Source: Opitutia bacterium (GTDB lineage: Bacteria > Verrucomicrobiota > Verrucomicrobiia > Opitutales > Opitutaceae). From it: a stretch of 64,000 nt of DNA. The notes under the pieces are model-generated. The model worked only from the letters and a program-made list of their open reading frames with translations, did not search any database and was not told where the DNA came from. A program made the position numbers and the translations under genes. Position 1 is the first letter of the stretch. Each line of letters begins with the position of its first letter. Positions 1 through 11,553 of this stretch are shown piece after piece. The stretch lies in NCBI GenBank assembly GCA_947478395.1, contig CANJVR010000004.1:128001-192000 (forward strand). Direction: 5' to 3'.

Positions 1-1129
1 GGGCGAAGTGCTTCATGTAGTGGAGATCGATGTCTCCGATCTTCGCCACGAGTTCCGGGTTGTTCCGGTGGTGGGAGCAATAGTGGTGGCCTTCGGGAAT
101 TCCGATTTCGGCGAACGAACGATTGCTGCCGTCATTGGCGAGGAGCAGCGTGGCGATGCGGGTGGAATCGGTCTGGAACGCCATCGCCAGGAGATCGAAC
201 ATGATATCCATGTGTTCGCCGAAGTTCTCCGGAATGCCATTGGGCGCCTCGGAGCCTGGGACAGGGAGTTTGCCGAAACTCTCAGCGCGTTGGATGCGTT
301 GTTCGATCGTGCGCACGCCCGTGAGGTATTCGTCGAGCTTGTCGCGATCCTTTGCGCCCATCTTGTTTTGGAGCGAGCGGGTATCGTCCATTACCAGATC
401 CAGAAGCGACTTCTGGGTTTGCTGGCGCTGTTCGAAATTTTTCTGGCGTTCGCCCGCCGAGCCGGCGCCGAAGAGACGTTCAAAAACCAAGCGCGGATTG
501 GGCTCGGGGGTCATCGGCGTTGTGGCCGAGCGCCAGGCGAGGTTATACTGATAAGCGCAGGAATAACCGCTATCGCACGTGCCGGACTTCCGGACATTAT
601 CGCATGAGAGTTCGAGCGACGAGAATCGTGTGAGGTGGCCGATCTGCTGGGCGGCGACTTGGTCGACGGAGGCGCCGACATGGATGTCCACGCTGTCGGT
701 TTTGCGGGCGCGGGCCCCGGTGAGGAACGTGGCATTGGCGCGCGCGTGATCGCCGGCGCCGTCGTTGCCGGGAGCCGCGTTTTTATGATCGAGGCCGCCC
801 ACCACTTGAATCGAGCCCTTCACCGCCGCGAGCGGTTGCATCGTGCGAGCGAGTTCAAAAGAGGTGCCTTCGCCGGTGGGCCACCAATATTGCTGGTGGA
901 CGCCGTTCGGCACGTACACGTAAGCGGTGCGCAGCGGCGCGCCGGTGCTCGTTACCGCGAGCGGTGCGCCTGCGGCGTCCGTGGCCTTGGTTGCGGCCCG
1001 GAGAACCGGCGCCATGGAGGATTCGAAGACCGGGAGGGCCATGCATACGCCAACACCGCGCAAGAATTGACGGCGGTTGAGTGCGAGCTGACGTTGATCT
1101 TCTGGTTGGGTGGGCAAATGTTTTTTCAT
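1..1129 (-). CDS. DUF1552 domain-containing protein (partial, runs off window start)
   Basis: Manual translation from ATG at 1129: MKKHLPTQ...LNRRQFLRGVGVCMALP...AYVYVPNGV...GDHARANATFLTG...CDSGYSCAY. Typical of DUF1552 with a Tat-like motif; lies directly downstream of a DUF1592 gene. Missing from the ORF track because no stop falls in the window. Confidence 0.85.
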   Translation of the reverse strand, partial: MKKHLPTQPEDQRQLALNRRQFLRGVGVCMALPVFESSMAPVLRAATKATDAAGAPLAVTSTGAPLRTAYVYVPNGVHQQYWWPTGEGTSFELARTMQPLAAVKGSIQVVGGLDHKNAAPGNDGAGDHARANATFLTGARARKTDSVDIHVGASVDQVAAQQIGHLTRFSSLELSCDNVRKSGTCDSGYSCAYQYNLAWRSATTPMTPEPNPRLVFERLFGAGSAGERQKNFEQRQQTQKSLLDLVMDDTRSLQNKMGAKDRDKLDEYLTGVRTIEQRIQRAESFGKLPVPGSEAPNGIPENFGEHMDIMFDLLAMAFQTDSTRIATLLLANDGSNRSFAEIGIPEGHHYCSHHRNNPELVAKIGDIDLHYMKHFA

Positions 1130-1162
1130 GGGGCGGCTAAGGTCAGGATGGGATTAAATAGG

Positions 1163-3823
1163 TCAGTGAAATGAGGCCTGCGCAACTGCGGAAGCGGACG
1201 AGGAGGAAGTCGAAACGGTCGCAGCCGGGACTTTCAGATTCCGCTGTTTTTGAAACGGCGTGGATTCGATGATGCCATTCAAAAGAGCGGAAAACCGTCC
1301 CTCGTTTTGCTCCAGCCGTATCACGATCTGATCGACCGCGTACACATCGTGGTAGTCGAGGCTGCGGCCGAGCGCGTAAGTGAGCATTTTTTCCGTGAGA
1401 CAGCGGTAATAGTCGAGGCGGCGCTCGTGGGTCAGAATGCGTTTCAATTCCTGAATGTTGGCGAACGGCTCGCCCGTCGCGAGTTTGCCGGAGGCGTCGA
1501 TGGGCTGTTTCATGTCCACATCCCGCCAGTTGCCCATCGCGTTGAAATTCTCCAACGCAAACCCAAGGGGGTCCATGCGCGCGTGACAGGAGGCGCAGAG
1601 CGGCTTCTCCCGGTGAGCGGCCAGCGCCTCGCGTTGGGTCAGGATTCGGCCGTCAGCACTCTTCGCCGCTTCGTCTAATGGCGGAATATCGGGCGGCGGC
1701 GGCGGCGGGGGAGTTCCGAGGAAATTCTCGAGTACGAACAGGCCGCGTTTCACGGGTGAAGTACGCGTGGGATTGGAGGTCACCGCCAAGACCGTGCCTT
1801 GCGTCAACATGCCGCCACGCGGGCTGTCGGCGGGAAGTGTCACGCGGTGGACGTCATCGCCGGTCACATCTTTGACGCCGTAGTGGGTGGCGAGCTTGGC
1901 GTTAAGAAACGCGTAATCGCTTTCGATGAACTCGAGCACGCTGCGATCCTCGCGCAGCACGTAATCGAAATACATTTCGGTTTCGCTGCGCATATTTTTG
2001 CGCAAGGCGGCGTTGAGATCGACCGGGCTCGCGACGTTGGCGCGAATGTCACCCAAACCGAGCACGGCGCGCGCGTTGATCTCCACCGTCTCGATGTCGC
2101 GGGCTTGGAGCCACTGGCCGGGGAAATTCTTCACGAAAGCCTGCGACTTTGAATCCTTGAGCATCCGGGCAATTTGCGCGGGGAGCTGCTGGCGTAATTC
2201 ACCCTTCTTTGCGAGGCCGAAGAGTTCTTCATCGGGCATCGTCGACCAAAGGAAATAGGATAGGCGACTGGCCAAGGCGTACTCGTCGATGGCGGCGAAT
2301 TTTTCACTGGCCTCCGCGGGTGCGGCATCTTCCACGCGGAAAAGGAAACGCGGCGAAGCCAGTACGCCCATCATGGCGTGGGCCACGCCGTCTTCGAATT
2401 TCTTGCCCGGTTGGGAATATATGTTTCGGGCGATGCCGGCCAACTGATTGACTTTCGCATCCTCGACCGGCCGGCGGAACGCGCGTTCGGCGAAGTCACG
2501 AATTACTTTGCGCGCAAACGCGTCACGGGCTTCGGGTTCGGTGGGAACATCCTCGGCGAAGAAACGACGATAGTTCTCGGGTGGCACCCAGAATTTTTTG
2601 TCCAAGGGCCCAAGCACTTCCACCGCGGTGAGCGAGAAATCGACCGAGCGCGCAACGGGAGGCCGGGCGCGTTGTTCACGAGCGGCGGCCGGCGGAGTTG
2701 CGGCGGGAGTGCCTGGGGTGGCCCCGGCGTTGGCGATGACCGCACCAGGAAGAACCGGGGGTAGAGGCGCGGGTACGACCGCGACTTCGGCGGGAGGGAT
2801 GACAGGCTCGGGCTTTACCGCGTCGCCGCCGACGGGCTCCAGCGGCTGAATTTCCACCGTGATCCGATGGTCGCCCTCGGACCAGGTATTCTCCGACGAG
2901 ATGCGGACGGGTTTTGAGCCCCACACGATTTCCTGCCGCGATTTTTCCTGATCGTCGACTGCGACAATTAACGTCGCGCGGCCGGCGTCGAAATCGAACG
3001 TGCTCTTCACATCAGCCTTCAACTCGAACGAGTAAGCGCCCGCCTCCTTGAGCGTGAACGTGCGGGTGAGCTTGCCGGCTTTGCGGACGTTTAGATCGAC
3101 ATTGCGACCGCCGCGACCGCCGCCCCGGGCTGGAGTAGCAGGTTTGTCGGCCGAATCGGCCGCGACGACCGCCGGTTCTTCTTTTTTGAAATCACGGCCG
3201 GTAAATGTGCGCTTGATCGGAACGCGACCGACGCGGGGGACTGCCTTGTCCACGATTTCCTCGGCCGCCTGGAGATATTTCTCCATCAGCAAGGGCGACA
3301 CCGTCAGCACTTCGCCGATGTTGTCGAAGCCGTGACCGGTATCGTCGGGCGGAAATTCGACCTCGCTGTTGAATTCGGTCCCCATCAGATCGCGGATCGT
3401 GTTGCGGTACTCGACGCGATTGAGGCGGCGGACGGTCACGCGGCCCGGATCGGGCTTTTCCGGATCGATGTCAAAGGGCGCGAACTTGATCCAATTCTCG
3501 AGCTCCTTCACTTCTGCGGCAGTCGGACGTGCGACGTCCTCGGTCGGCGGCGGCATCATGCCGGCGCGGACGTTCTTCAGCGCGGCGAGCCAAAGTTTCG
3601 TTTTGCCCATCATTTCAGCGTTCGAGGAAAATTCGTCGAAGCTCACCTGACCTTTTTTCGCGCCGTCCCCATGGCAATCGAAGCAGTATTTTACGAGGAT
3701 GGGCTGGACGGTGTCATGAAACGTTTTGACCTTCGTCTCCTCCGACATCGGGACGGCTCGGGCGGTGGCAGCGGCGCAACAAACAAGGGCGAAGCGACGG
3801 AGAAAATTGTACGGGGGCGTCAT
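1163..3823 (-). CDS. DUF1592/DUF1588/DUF1585 (PSD-domain) planctomycete cytochrome c protein
   Basis: CFDCH and CASCH heme motifs, RRLNRVEYRNTIRDL, LASRLSYFLWSTMPD, RTSPVKRG. Start may be 3880 or 3823. Confidence 0.9.
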   Translation of the reverse strand: MTPPYNFLRRFALVCCAAATARAVPMSEETKVKTFHDTVQPILVKYCFDCHGDGAKKGQVSFDEFSSNAEMMGKTKLWLAALKNVRAGMMPPPTEDVARPTAAEVKELENWIKFAPFDIDPEKPDPGRVTVRRLNRVEYRNTIRDLMGTEFNSEVEFPPDDTGHGFDNIGEVLTVSPLLMEKYLQAAEEIVDKAVPRVGRVPIKRTFTGRDFKKEEPAVVAADSADKPATPARGGGRGGRNVDLNVRKAGKLTRTFTLKEAGAYSFELKADVKSTFDFDAGRATLIVAVDDQEKSRQEIVWGSKPVRISSENTWSEGDHRITVEIQPLEPVGGDAVKPEPVIPPAEVAVVPAPLPPVLPGAVIANAGATPGTPAATPPAAAREQRARPPVARSVDFSLTAVEVLGPLDKKFWVPPENYRRFFAEDVPTEPEARDAFARKVIRDFAERAFRRPVEDAKVNQLAGIARNIYSQPGKKFEDGVAHAMMGVLASPRFLFRVEDAAPAEASEKFAAIDEYALASRLSYFLWSTMPDEELFGLAKKGELRQQLPAQIARMLKDSKSQAFVKNFPGQWLQARDIETVEINARAVLGLGDIRANVASPVDLNAALRKNMRSETEMYFDYVLREDRSVLEFIESDYAFLNAKLATHYGVKDVTGDDVHRVTLPADSPRGGMLTQGTVLAVTSNPTRTSPVKRGLFVLENFLGTPPPPPPPDIPPLDEAAKSADGRILTQREALAAHREKPLCASCHARMDPLGFALENFNAMGNWRDVDMKQPIDASGKLATGEPFANIQELKRILTHERRLDYYRCLTEKMLTYALGRSLDYHDVYAVDQIVIRLEQNEGRFSALLNGIIESTPFQKQRNLKVPAATVSTSSSSASAVAQASFH

Positions 3824-4218
3824 GATTTTTACGATGGGCGAGCGCAAGACGGTCTTTGAAAAGAAAGGTGACGTAAGCAAATGGGGTGGGGTGGGGCGGC
3901 TCGGTTCGAGCTGGTCGCACGGAACAGTAAATGGGTTGAAGTCATGGTCAAATTTTAAGTCCCAAGCCAGCCTTCATTCGACCACGAAAGCTTTTAGGCC
4001 GACGACGACCCTGGGACGTTTTTAAACGATGGGTCTTTCGCGTTCTGGCAACTACCAGCCGCAAGTTTTCGGTAAATTGAGGCGGGGTGCTGCCGGCTTC
4101 CGGGCCTTCGCATGGCGAAACTCCGGTGAAATCCCGGAGCTTTCGTGGCGGGGCGGCGAATCCACACTTGCCCCTCGATCAAAGGTTGCGTTGTGCTGGT
4201 TCCTTTCCCAGCCGCTTC

Positions 4219-5757
4219 ATGCCACAGATCATCGCCGTCCTCGACTTCGGTTCTCAGTACACGCAGGTCATCGCGCGTCGCATCCGGGAGTGCCAAGTCT
4301 ACTCGAAAATCTACCCGTTTGCCACGACCGCCGCGCAACTCAAGGCCGACGGGGTGATCGGCATTATACTTTCTGGCGGGCCGAGCAGCGTGTTCGCGAA
4401 AACGGCGCCGATTCCGGACCGCGCGATCTTCGAGCTCGGGGTTCCGGTTTTGGGGGTTTGCTATGGCATCCAATTGATGGGGCATTTGCTCGGCGGGACC
4501 GTCTCCCAGAGCGCGCATCGCGAGTACGGAAACGGGACGCTCACGATTCAAAAGGCCGGCCGCCTTTTTGCGAAGCTACCGAAAAAGCTCCGCGTCTGGA
4601 ATTCGCACGGCGACCGGTTGATCGCGTTGCCGCCTGGGTTCGCGGCGATCGGCACCACGGAGAACTCTGAGTTCGCCGCGATCGAGGACCGGAAGCGAAA
4701 TTTCTACGGCATCCAGTTTCACCCGGAGGTTTTTCACACCGAGCGCGGGATCGAGGTTTATAAGAATTTCCTGTTCGGGATCTGCCGCGCGCGCGCCGAC
4801 TGGACGATGAAGGATTTCATCGCGCAAGCCATCGCGGACATCCGGGCGCGGGTCGGCAAATCGCGCGTGCTGCTCGGTCTTTCTGGTGGCGTGGATTCCT
4901 CCGTCGCGGCGGCCCTGATCCATCGCGCGATTGGGAAGCAACTCACGTGTGTCTTCGTCGACAACGGCCTGCTGCGGCGCGGTGAACGCGAATACGTCGA
5001 GTCGCTGTACCAGCGTAACTTCAAGATCGATCTCCGCGTCGTGGACGCCTCGGCGCTGTTTCTGCGGCGTTTGAAGGGCATCTCGGATCCGGAGCATAAG
5101 CGCAAAATCATCGGCAATACTTTCGTTAACGTGTTTGAGCGGTCGCTCAAATCCATTGGCCACGCGGACTTTCTCGCCCAGGGCACACTTTATCCCGATG
5201 TGATCGAAAGTGTGGCCATCGCCGGAAATCCGGCCGCGTTGATCAAGTCCCACCATAATGTCGGCGGACTGCCGGCCCGCATGAAGCTCAAGCTGCTCGA
5301 GCCGCTGCGCGAACTGTTCAAAGACGAGGTGCGCGCCGTCGGCAGTTCGCTCGGTCTGCCGCGCGAAGTGGTCTGGCGCCAGCCGTTCCCCGGCCCGGGC
5401 CTGGGCGTGCGCGTCGCGGGTGACATCACGGCGGCTCGGCTCGAGGTGCTGCGCGCGGCCGATGCCATCCTGCAGGAGGAAATGATGGACTCTGGCTGGT
5501 ACTGGAAAGTCTGGCAGTCATTCGCCGTTTACCTGCCCGTGAAATCCGTGGGCGTGGTGGGCGATGAGCGTAACTACGCCGACGTCATCGCGCTCCGCAT
5601 CGTCGAGAGCAAGGATGCGATGACGGCCGACTGGACCCGTCTGCCTTACGATCTGCTCCAGAAAATTTCCTCGCGGATTACCAACGAAGTCCGGGGCGTT
5701 TCCCGCGTCGTGCTCGACATCAGCTCCAAGCCTCCCGCAACGATCGAATGGGAGTAG
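4219..5757 (+). CDS. guaA: GMP synthase (glutamine-hydrolysing)
   Basis: [46 protein letters not shown]. Start taken at the ATG at 4219. Confidence 0.98.
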   Translation: MPQIIAVLDFGSQYTQVIARRIRECQVYSKIYPFATTAAQLKADGVIGIILSGGPSSVFAKTAPIPDRAIFELGVPVLGVCYGIQLMGHLLGGTVSQSAHREYGNGTLTIQKAGRLFAKLPKKLRVWNSHGDRLIALPPGFAAIGTTENSEFAAIEDRKRNFYGIQFHPEVFHTERGIEVYKNFLFGICRARADWTMKDFIAQAIADIRARVGKSRVLLGLSGGVDSSVAAALIHRAIGKQLTCVFVDNGLLRRGEREYVESLYQRNFKIDLRVVDASALFLRRLKGISDPEHKRKIIGNTFVNVFERSLKSIGHADFLAQGTLYPDVIESVAIAGNPAALIKSHHNVGGLPARMKLKLLEPLRELFKDEVRAVGSSLGLPREVVWRQPFPGPGLGVRVAGDITAARLEVLRAADAILQEEMMDSGWYWKVWQSFAVYLPVKSVGVVGDERNYADVIALRIVESKDAMTADWTRLPYDLLQKISSRITNEVRGVSRVVLDISSKPPATIEWE

Positions 5758-5800
5758 TCTCCGCCTTTTCCTCCGGGGTATTCCTCCTTCAACGTTCGCC

Positions 5801-7096
5801 ATGCCTTCGCTCCGTTTCTCCGACAAAAATTTTCAGGCTGAACTGGCGGCATTTTGTCGCAACTCGATCGTTCCGCCTGAAATCGCCGAGGCCGTCCGCT
5901 CGATTCTCGCGGATGTCCGCTCCCGCGGTGATGAAGCCGTGGCGCACTACGCGGCGAAATTTGATGGCGCCAAGCTGAGGGCCGGGGAGTTTCGCGTGAA
6001 GCCGGCCGACCTTGCGGCCGCCGCGAAACGACTTCCAGCGGGTGAACGCCGCGCGCTGGTCGCCGCGCACGCGAGTATCGTCGCGTTCAACCGCCGCGCC
6101 TTGCCGAAAAACTGGATGGCAAAAAACCCGCAGGGCGCCCTCGTGGGCGAGAAATTCGACCCGATCCGCCGGGTCGGCCTTTACGTTCCCGGTGGCCAGG
6201 TGCCGTTGGTCTCGACGGTGTTGATGACCGTCACGCTGGCCCGGATCGCCGGCTGCCCTGAGATCGCGGTGTTCACCCCTTCCAATTCCTCCGGTAAAAT
6301 TGCCGACGGACTGCTCGCCGCCCTTCATCTCGTCGGGATCGACGAAGTGTATCGTATCGGCGGCGTGCAGGCGATCGGCGCCATGGCCTTTGGCACGACG
6401 ACGATTCCCGCGGTCGATAAAGTTTACGGCCCGGGCAACGCGTACGTCTGCGAGGCGAAGCGCCAGGTGTTTGGTACCGTAGGCGTCGACTCCTTGCCGG
6501 GTCCCAGCGAGGTGATGATCATTGCCGACGACACCGCGCGCGCCGATTTCGCCGCGGCCGATCTGCTGGCGCAGGCCGAGCACGGCTCCGGGCGGGAAAA
6601 AATCTATTTGGTCGGCACTTCCGCGCGGGTGATCGCGGCCATCGTCGCTGAAATCGACGTCCAGCTGCCGGCGCTGACGCGTTCCGAAAAAACGGCGCAG
6701 GTACTTGCCGCGGGTTTCCTGACGATCGAGGTCGCGACCGCCGACCAAGCCGCCGAGATCGCGAACTACGTCGCCCCCGAGCACCTCGAGCTTTTGGTGA
6801 AGGATTCGACCGCGAAAAAACTCACGCGCGCGATCACCACCGCAGGCGCGATCATGCTGGGCAACCACACGCCCACGGCCTTGGGTGATTTTACCGCGGG
6901 TCCGAGCCATGTGCTGCCCACCGGTCGCGCCGGACGGTTTTTCAGCGGTTTGCGCGTCGCTGATTTCCAACGGCGCACGAGCCTCATTCGTTACGACCGC
7001 GCCAGCGTGAAACGCGGCGCACCGGTCGTGGCCGCGTTTGCGGCCATGGAACGCCTTGATGCGCACGGCCGCTCGGTGAAAATTCGGACACTCTAG
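5801..7096 (+). CDS. hisD: histidinol dehydrogenase
   Basis: GLYVPGG, GPGNAYV, GPSEV, DLLAQAEH, APEHLEL, AGPSHVLPT. Confidence 0.97.
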   Translation: MPSLRFSDKNFQAELAAFCRNSIVPPEIAEAVRSILADVRSRGDEAVAHYAAKFDGAKLRAGEFRVKPADLAAAAKRLPAGERRALVAAHASIVAFNRRALPKNWMAKNPQGALVGEKFDPIRRVGLYVPGGQVPLVSTVLMTVTLARIAGCPEIAVFTPSNSSGKIADGLLAALHLVGIDEVYRIGGVQAIGAMAFGTTTIPAVDKVYGPGNAYVCEAKRQVFGTVGVDSLPGPSEVMIIADDTARADFAAADLLAQAEHGSGREKIYLVGTSARVIAAIVAEIDVQLPALTRSEKTAQVLAAGFLTIEVATADQAAEIANYVAPEHLELLVKDSTAKKLTRAITTAGAIMLGNHTPTALGDFTAGPSHVLPTGRAGRFFSGLRVADFQRRTSLIRYDRASVKRGAPVVAAFAAMERLDAHGRSVKIRTL

Positions 7097-7174
7097 TCAG
7101 CCGCGAAGACGATCGGGGGGCGTAGAGCCCTTCCGGTTTTCTGTGACCCCAGCGCCTTTTGCCGCGATTTTAAA

Positions 7175-8290
7175 ATGTCGGAATTAACCTCTCTCGCTCT
7201 CCCGCACGTGGCCAAGCTCCGCGCCTACACGCCGGGCCTGCAGCCCGGCGAATCCGGCTGGGTGAAACTCAACACCAACGAGTGCCCTTATCCGCCCAGC
7301 CCGCGCGTGGTCGAGGCGTTGCGCCGTGAAATCGGGGACGATGGGGCTTCGCTCCGCCTTTATCCGAATCCCAAGAGCGCGGCGTTGCGTGCCGCGATCG
7401 CCCAACACCACGGCCAAGGTTTGCGCGAGGAAAACGTGATCGTGGGCAACGGCTCCGACGATATTCTCAATCTGCTGGTCCGCGCGTTTTGCGCGCCCGA
7501 AGCCAGCGCGGGTTTCACGTTTCCCAGTTACTCGCTCTATCCCGTGCTGGTCGAAATTCAGCACGGCCGGACGAGCATCATCGAGTTCGACCGCACGATG
7601 CGTCTGCCGCTGGATCGCATTGCGGCGTCGGGCGCGCGCGCGTTTTTTCTTACGTCGCCGAACGCGCCCACGGGCGTGGCTTTCACGAACGCGGAACTCG
7701 AACAGGTCCTGACGACGTTTCCGGGTTTGCTCGTCATCGACGAAGCCTACGCGCCCTTCGCCCGGGAGAGCGCCGTGGCGCTGCTCGCGCGGCACCCGCG
7801 GCTGGTCGTCGTGCGTACGCTTTCGAAGGCGTATGCGCTCGCGGGCATTCGCGTCGGCTATGCGCTCGCGCATCCGGAAATCGTCGGCCTGCTCGATGGC
7901 GTGCGCGACAGCTATAACGTCAACCGGCTCTCGCAGGCCGCGGCGCTCGCCGCGCTCGGCGACGAACCTTATTACGCGGCACTCATTGCGAAAATTAAAG
8001 GCACGCGCGATTTCTACGTCGCCGATTTTGTGCGGCGGCGCGGCTGGTTCACGTACGAATCGTCGGCCAATTTTATCTTTACCGAGCCGAAAAATGCGCG
8101 CGGTGAGTCCGGCCCGGCCGTGGCGAAATCCGCTTACGATTTCCTCTGTGCGCACCAGGTGCTCGTGCGGCTCTTCCCGAGCCACGCCTTGACCGCGCCG
8201 TTTCTGCGAATCAGCGTCGGATCTGACGACGAAATGCTCGTCCTCTCCGACACCCTCGACGCATGGCTAAAACTACCACCCAAGTCATAA
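7175..8290 (+). CDS. hisC: histidinol-phosphate aminotransferase
   Basis: [43 protein letters not shown] (PLP lysine); his operon context. Confidence 0.95.
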   Translation: MSELTSLALPHVAKLRAYTPGLQPGESGWVKLNTNECPYPPSPRVVEALRREIGDDGASLRLYPNPKSAALRAAIAQHHGQGLREENVIVGNGSDDILNLLVRAFCAPEASAGFTFPSYSLYPVLVEIQHGRTSIIEFDRTMRLPLDRIAASGARAFFLTSPNAPTGVAFTNAELEQVLTTFPGLLVIDEAYAPFARESAVALLARHPRLVVVRTLSKAYALAGIRVGYALAHPEIVGLLDGVRDSYNVNRLSQAAALAALGDEPYYAALIAKIKGTRDFYVADFVRRRGWFTYESSANFIFTEPKNARGESGPAVAKSAYDFLCAHQVLVRLFPSHALTAPFLRISVGSDDEMLVLSDTLDAWLKLPPKS

Positions 8291-8892
8291 GCGGCCGGCT
8301 CATCCCCCGGGTCGCGACGGTTTCCCGCGTCACGGCGGAGACAAATATTGCTCTGACGCTGGCGATCGACGGCCGGGGCCAGTCCAAAATCGACACCGGC
8401 GTGCCGTTTTTCGATCACATGCTGACGCTCTTCGCCAAGCACGGCCTCTTCGACCTCACGGTGAAAGCCAAGGGCGACACCGACGTCGATTATCACCACA
8501 CCGTTGAGGATGTGGGCCTCGTGCTCGGCCAGGCCTTCAAGGAAGCGCTCGGCGATAAAGTCGGCATCACACGCTACGGTTTTTTTATTCTGCCGATGGA
8601 TGAGTCGCTCGCCCGCGTGGCGGTGGACGTCGGCGGACGCCCGCACCTCGTCTATAGCGCGGATGCGCCCACGATGTTCGTGCGTGATTTTAATATCATC
8701 CTCGTGAAGGAATTTTGCCGCGCCTTCAGCAATGCGCTCGGGGCGAACCTCCATGTTCAACTGGTGTATGGCGAAGAGCCGCATCATGTCGCGGAGGCGA
8801 TTTTCAAGTGCCTTGCGCGCGCGCTGGACGCCGCGACGCGCATCGAACCGCGCGCCGCTGACCAGTTGCCGAGCACCAAGGGTAAGATTTGA
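8263..8892 (+). CDS. hisB: imidazoleglycerol-phosphate dehydratase
   Basis: [33 protein letters not shown]. Confidence 0.97.
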   Translation: MAKTTTQVISGRLIPRVATVSRVTAETNIALTLAIDGRGQSKIDTGVPFFDHMLTLFAKHGLFDLTVKAKGDTDVDYHHTVEDVGLVLGQAFKEALGDKVGITRYGFFILPMDESLARVAVDVGGRPHLVYSADAPTMFVRDFNIILVKEFCRAFSNALGANLHVQLVYGEEPHHVAEAIFKCLARALDAATRIEPRAADQLPSTKGKI

Positions 8893-9236
8893 CGCGAGCG
8901 ATCCGGGGTGGGCCACAAGGTGGCCGGTGCGATCGGCCGGAGGCGCTGGGTGCAAGTGGTTCGCGGCCCGACGAAGCGCTTAATCGCGCGGCAGTTCAGG
9001 CGGCGAAAGACACGGCGCTCCCGCGCGGGATGGTGAAATGGACGGCGCTCGCTGGAGCGCATCCGAAGTTCAGGCGCCGCGGTCCCGTCCGCAAAATCGT
9101 CGAGACGATGAATGGGATCGATGGAAAACGGAATTTTTGGGCCGAGCGGAAGCCGTGGGCTTTTCGCGGGCCTCCGCCGGAACGCGCACGCGTTCCGCTC
9201 GCTGGAAATTCAGATTCGCGACTTTTCCCGTCCCGC

Positions 9237-10367
9237 TTACGCCTCGCGGCGTAATTGCTGGAGCAGCGCTTGGATGTAGCCGAAGCAAAACGCGAAGGCC
9301 TTTTGACCGTTGGGATCGCCGAGGATCTGCGGCACGTGATCGGGCATGATCAATCCGTCGTAGCCGATTTCCCGGTAGACGCGCAACGCGCGGGGCATGT
9401 CGACATCGCCGTCGTCGGGAAACGTCTCCTCGAATTTGAGCATGGCGCCACGGATATTGCGGAAGTGGACGTTGAAGATTTTCCCGCGGCGGCCAAAGTC
9501 CCGGATTACATCGTAGATTTGCTCGCCGGGTTTCGTGAGCATTTCGGCCACCGTGCCCTGGCAGAAATTCAGGCCGTGGTAGGCGCTCGGCACGGTCTCG
9601 ACGAAACGCCGCAAGCCCTCCGGTGTGCCGAGCACTGTTTCGACGCCGCGCCAACCGGTGCCGGCGGGCATGCGTGGATCTTGCGGATGACAGGCGATTT
9701 TCACCTTGGCCTCGGTGGCGACGGGGACCACGCGTTTGAGAAAATACTCGATGCGGTCCCAATAGATTTCCTCGGTGATGCGGCCGGCTTCCGTGAGCGC
9801 GGGCTCTTGTTTCGACTTGGCATAGTCGAACGAACTCAGGCTCGCGCCGCCGCGCCCGACGGTGCGTTCCGTGCGCACGACGCCGATGAACGTGAGGTTA
9901 TATTTCGCCATCGGGATGCCGGCTTTGCCGCAGTTGCGGATCATCGTGCAGATGTCCTCGATGGCCCGATCGCGCTGGGGATCTTTGCCCAGCAGGATTT
10001 CCGGCATTTCCGCCTTCGCGATGTCCTGCGAGTTCATCGGCAGCGGTACGCAGTCGAGCTTGATCCCGAACGACTCGACATGCCGCCGCAGTGCGACCAA
10101 CGCATCCACGCTCCAATCCTTGGCGACATCGCGGGTGAGTTGCCCGCTGCAAATATTCGTGACGCCGAATGCCGCCAGGGCCCGCAGCGTGGTCTCAGAG
10201 TGATCGTGCTGGTGGCCGGCCTTCATCAAAACGGGCTTGCCTGCGCCGCTGTCCGGCCGGTCGGCCGCGGTGGCGCCTGGCATCGGTCGCGCGAGACTCA
10301 GCGCGGTGGCGCCCATCGCGGCGCTGCCAAGGAAATGACGACGTGAAATTCGGGGGGACGTTGTCAT
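9237..10367 (-). CDS. mannonate dehydratase (UxuA) family protein with Tat signal peptide
   Basis: SRRHFL Tat motif; ACHPQDP, GLNFCQG, VHFRN, ETFPDDGDVDM, MPDHVP. Confidence 0.85.
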   Translation of the reverse strand: MTTSPRISRRHFLGSAAMGATALSLARPMPGATAADRPDSGAGKPVLMKAGHQHDHSETTLRALAAFGVTNICSGQLTRDVAKDWSVDALVALRRHVESFGIKLDCVPLPMNSQDIAKAEMPEILLGKDPQRDRAIEDICTMIRNCGKAGIPMAKYNLTFIGVVRTERTVGRGGASLSSFDYAKSKQEPALTEAGRITEEIYWDRIEYFLKRVVPVATEAKVKIACHPQDPRMPAGTGWRGVETVLGTPEGLRRFVETVPSAYHGLNFCQGTVAEMLTKPGEQIYDVIRDFGRRGKIFNVHFRNIRGAMLKFEETFPDDGDVDMPRALRVYREIGYDGLIMPDHVPQILGDPNGQKAFAFCFGYIQALLQQLRREA

Positions 10368-10528
10368 GGGGTGGCGAGTTTTCTGGCCCGGCGCACGATG
10401 GGCGTCAACTGGTGACCGGCACGGCGGGACGCGCTAAACGAATTCTCGGCGCTTGGGTTTCATGGCGCCTAATCTGAATTCAATTGGCTCGACGAGGGCC
10501 GAGGTCCGCGAAGAGTAGCGCGTGATCC

Positions 10529-10571
10529 GGGCCTATAGCTCAACGGTTAGAGCAGAGGACTCATAATCCTT
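10529..10571 (+). pseudogene. 5' fragment (43 nt) of host tRNA-Ile2(CAU); left island junction (att)
   Basis: GGGCCTATAGCTCAACGGTTAGAGCAGAGGACTCATAATCCTT is identical to the first 43 nt of the spliced island tRNA. No T-arm or 3' acceptor strand follows. Confidence 0.9.
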
Positions 10572-10619
10572 AGTCGAGCCGAACTTTTCTCCTCTGAAAC
10601 GAGTTTTGCCGGAAGCCTG

Positions 10620-10640
10620 CTTGGACACTTCTTGGACACT
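10620..10640 (+). repeat. tandem 10-bp direct repeat CTTGGACACT, candidate integrase arm-type binding sites
   Basis: CTTGGACACT-T-CTTGGACACT about 50 bp inside the left junction. The arm-site function is inferred from position. Confidence 0.55.
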
Positions 10641-10725
10641 CGCCAGTGCCTCGACGGGCTAACCGGCGTGAAACGGCCTGCAACAGTGGCAACCACTTGT
10701 CGGGGGAATCCGCTTTTTCCAAAGA

Positions 10726-11058
10726 GTGGAGATGAACACTCCTACGCCAGTTGATGAGGAACGTCAGCTTGCTCCTCTCGTTTCCACCGCCCGCTTTGCA
10801 GCCGCCTACGGTCACCCCATTTGGGTCCGCATCGAGACTCGGGCTGGCGCGACGGTTGCAGATGAATACACGAACCAGCTTCGGGTTGGGTATCGTCTCA
10901 TGGTCAACAAATGCAGCGAGCGCATCTTTGCCGAGGTGCTCACGCCAATCTGCCGTGTCGCCCGACTTGAGTTTTTTCCGACGCGTCCGCCGCTGCTTTT
11001 CGGAACGTTCCTAATCAAGCTGGTCGCTCACGGACGTTTTAGCGGTAACGGCAGATGA
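10726..11058 (+). CDS. hypothetical protein
   Basis: 110-aa ORF converging on the 11083 ORF; no motif recognised. Confidence 0.4.
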   Translation: MEMNTPTPVDEERQLAPLVSTARFAAAYGHPIWVRIETRAGATVADEYTNQLRVGYRLMVNKCSERIFAEVLTPICRVARLEFFPTRPPLLFGTFLIKLVAHGRFSGNGR

Positions 11059-11082
11059 CAGCCCGATTTTTGGATTCGGTTG

Positions 11083-11550
11083 CTATGCGTTCGTTCGAAC
11101 CGCTGCGGACCCCAATCGATGATTCCTCGGGCGCATTGCTCCACCCCGTCGTTCTCCGATAAGGTAAAGGAGATTGGGGCGAATTTCGTCTTTGAGCGCG
11201 AAACGAGGCACGTCGGGCAGATCGGCAACGTAGAATCGCGCGGCGTCGAACGCTGCGGGGGGCAGGCAAATTCCCACCACCGGAGAGCCTGTTTCACGGA
11301 GGACTGCGATGTGCGGACCGCGCACTGGCGTTCGAATTTCCAAGCCTCGTTCGAATGTCATGCCTCGTCTTTGGAGGAAGCTGAGCAGCACGGCCGAGTT
11401 GAAGCTTATGCCAGCGAGCGGATGGGACGACTCTCTTTCAGATCGCAGAGTGAAGGTTGTCGAGCGGGTATCGCATAGGAGCGTCAGGGCTCCGTCAGGG
11501 GTGCGGGCAATTACGGTAAGTGGCCCCACGGATGAATCGATGGTATGCAT
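11083..11550 (-). CDS. hypothetical protein
   Basis: 155-aa ORF, 3 nt downstream of the 11554 ORF on the same strand. Confidence 0.55.
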   Translation of the reverse strand: MHTIDSSVGPLTVIARTPDGALTLLCDTRSTTFTLRSERESSHPLAGISFNSAVLLSFLQRRGMTFERGLEIRTPVRGPHIAVLRETGSPVVGICLPPAAFDAARFYVADLPDVPRFALKDEIRPNLLYLIGERRGGAMRPRNHRLGSAAVRTNA

Positions 11551-11553
11551 GGT

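Noticed and set aside
8..10346. Long antisense ORFs (for example 8-607, 5789-7066, 7184-8185, 9255-10346)
   Set aside because: Shadow frames of GC-rich genes that have clear motifs on the opposite strand.
10529..10610. Intact tRNA at the left junction
   Set aside because: No TTCGA T-loop or 3' acceptor strand follows position 10571.
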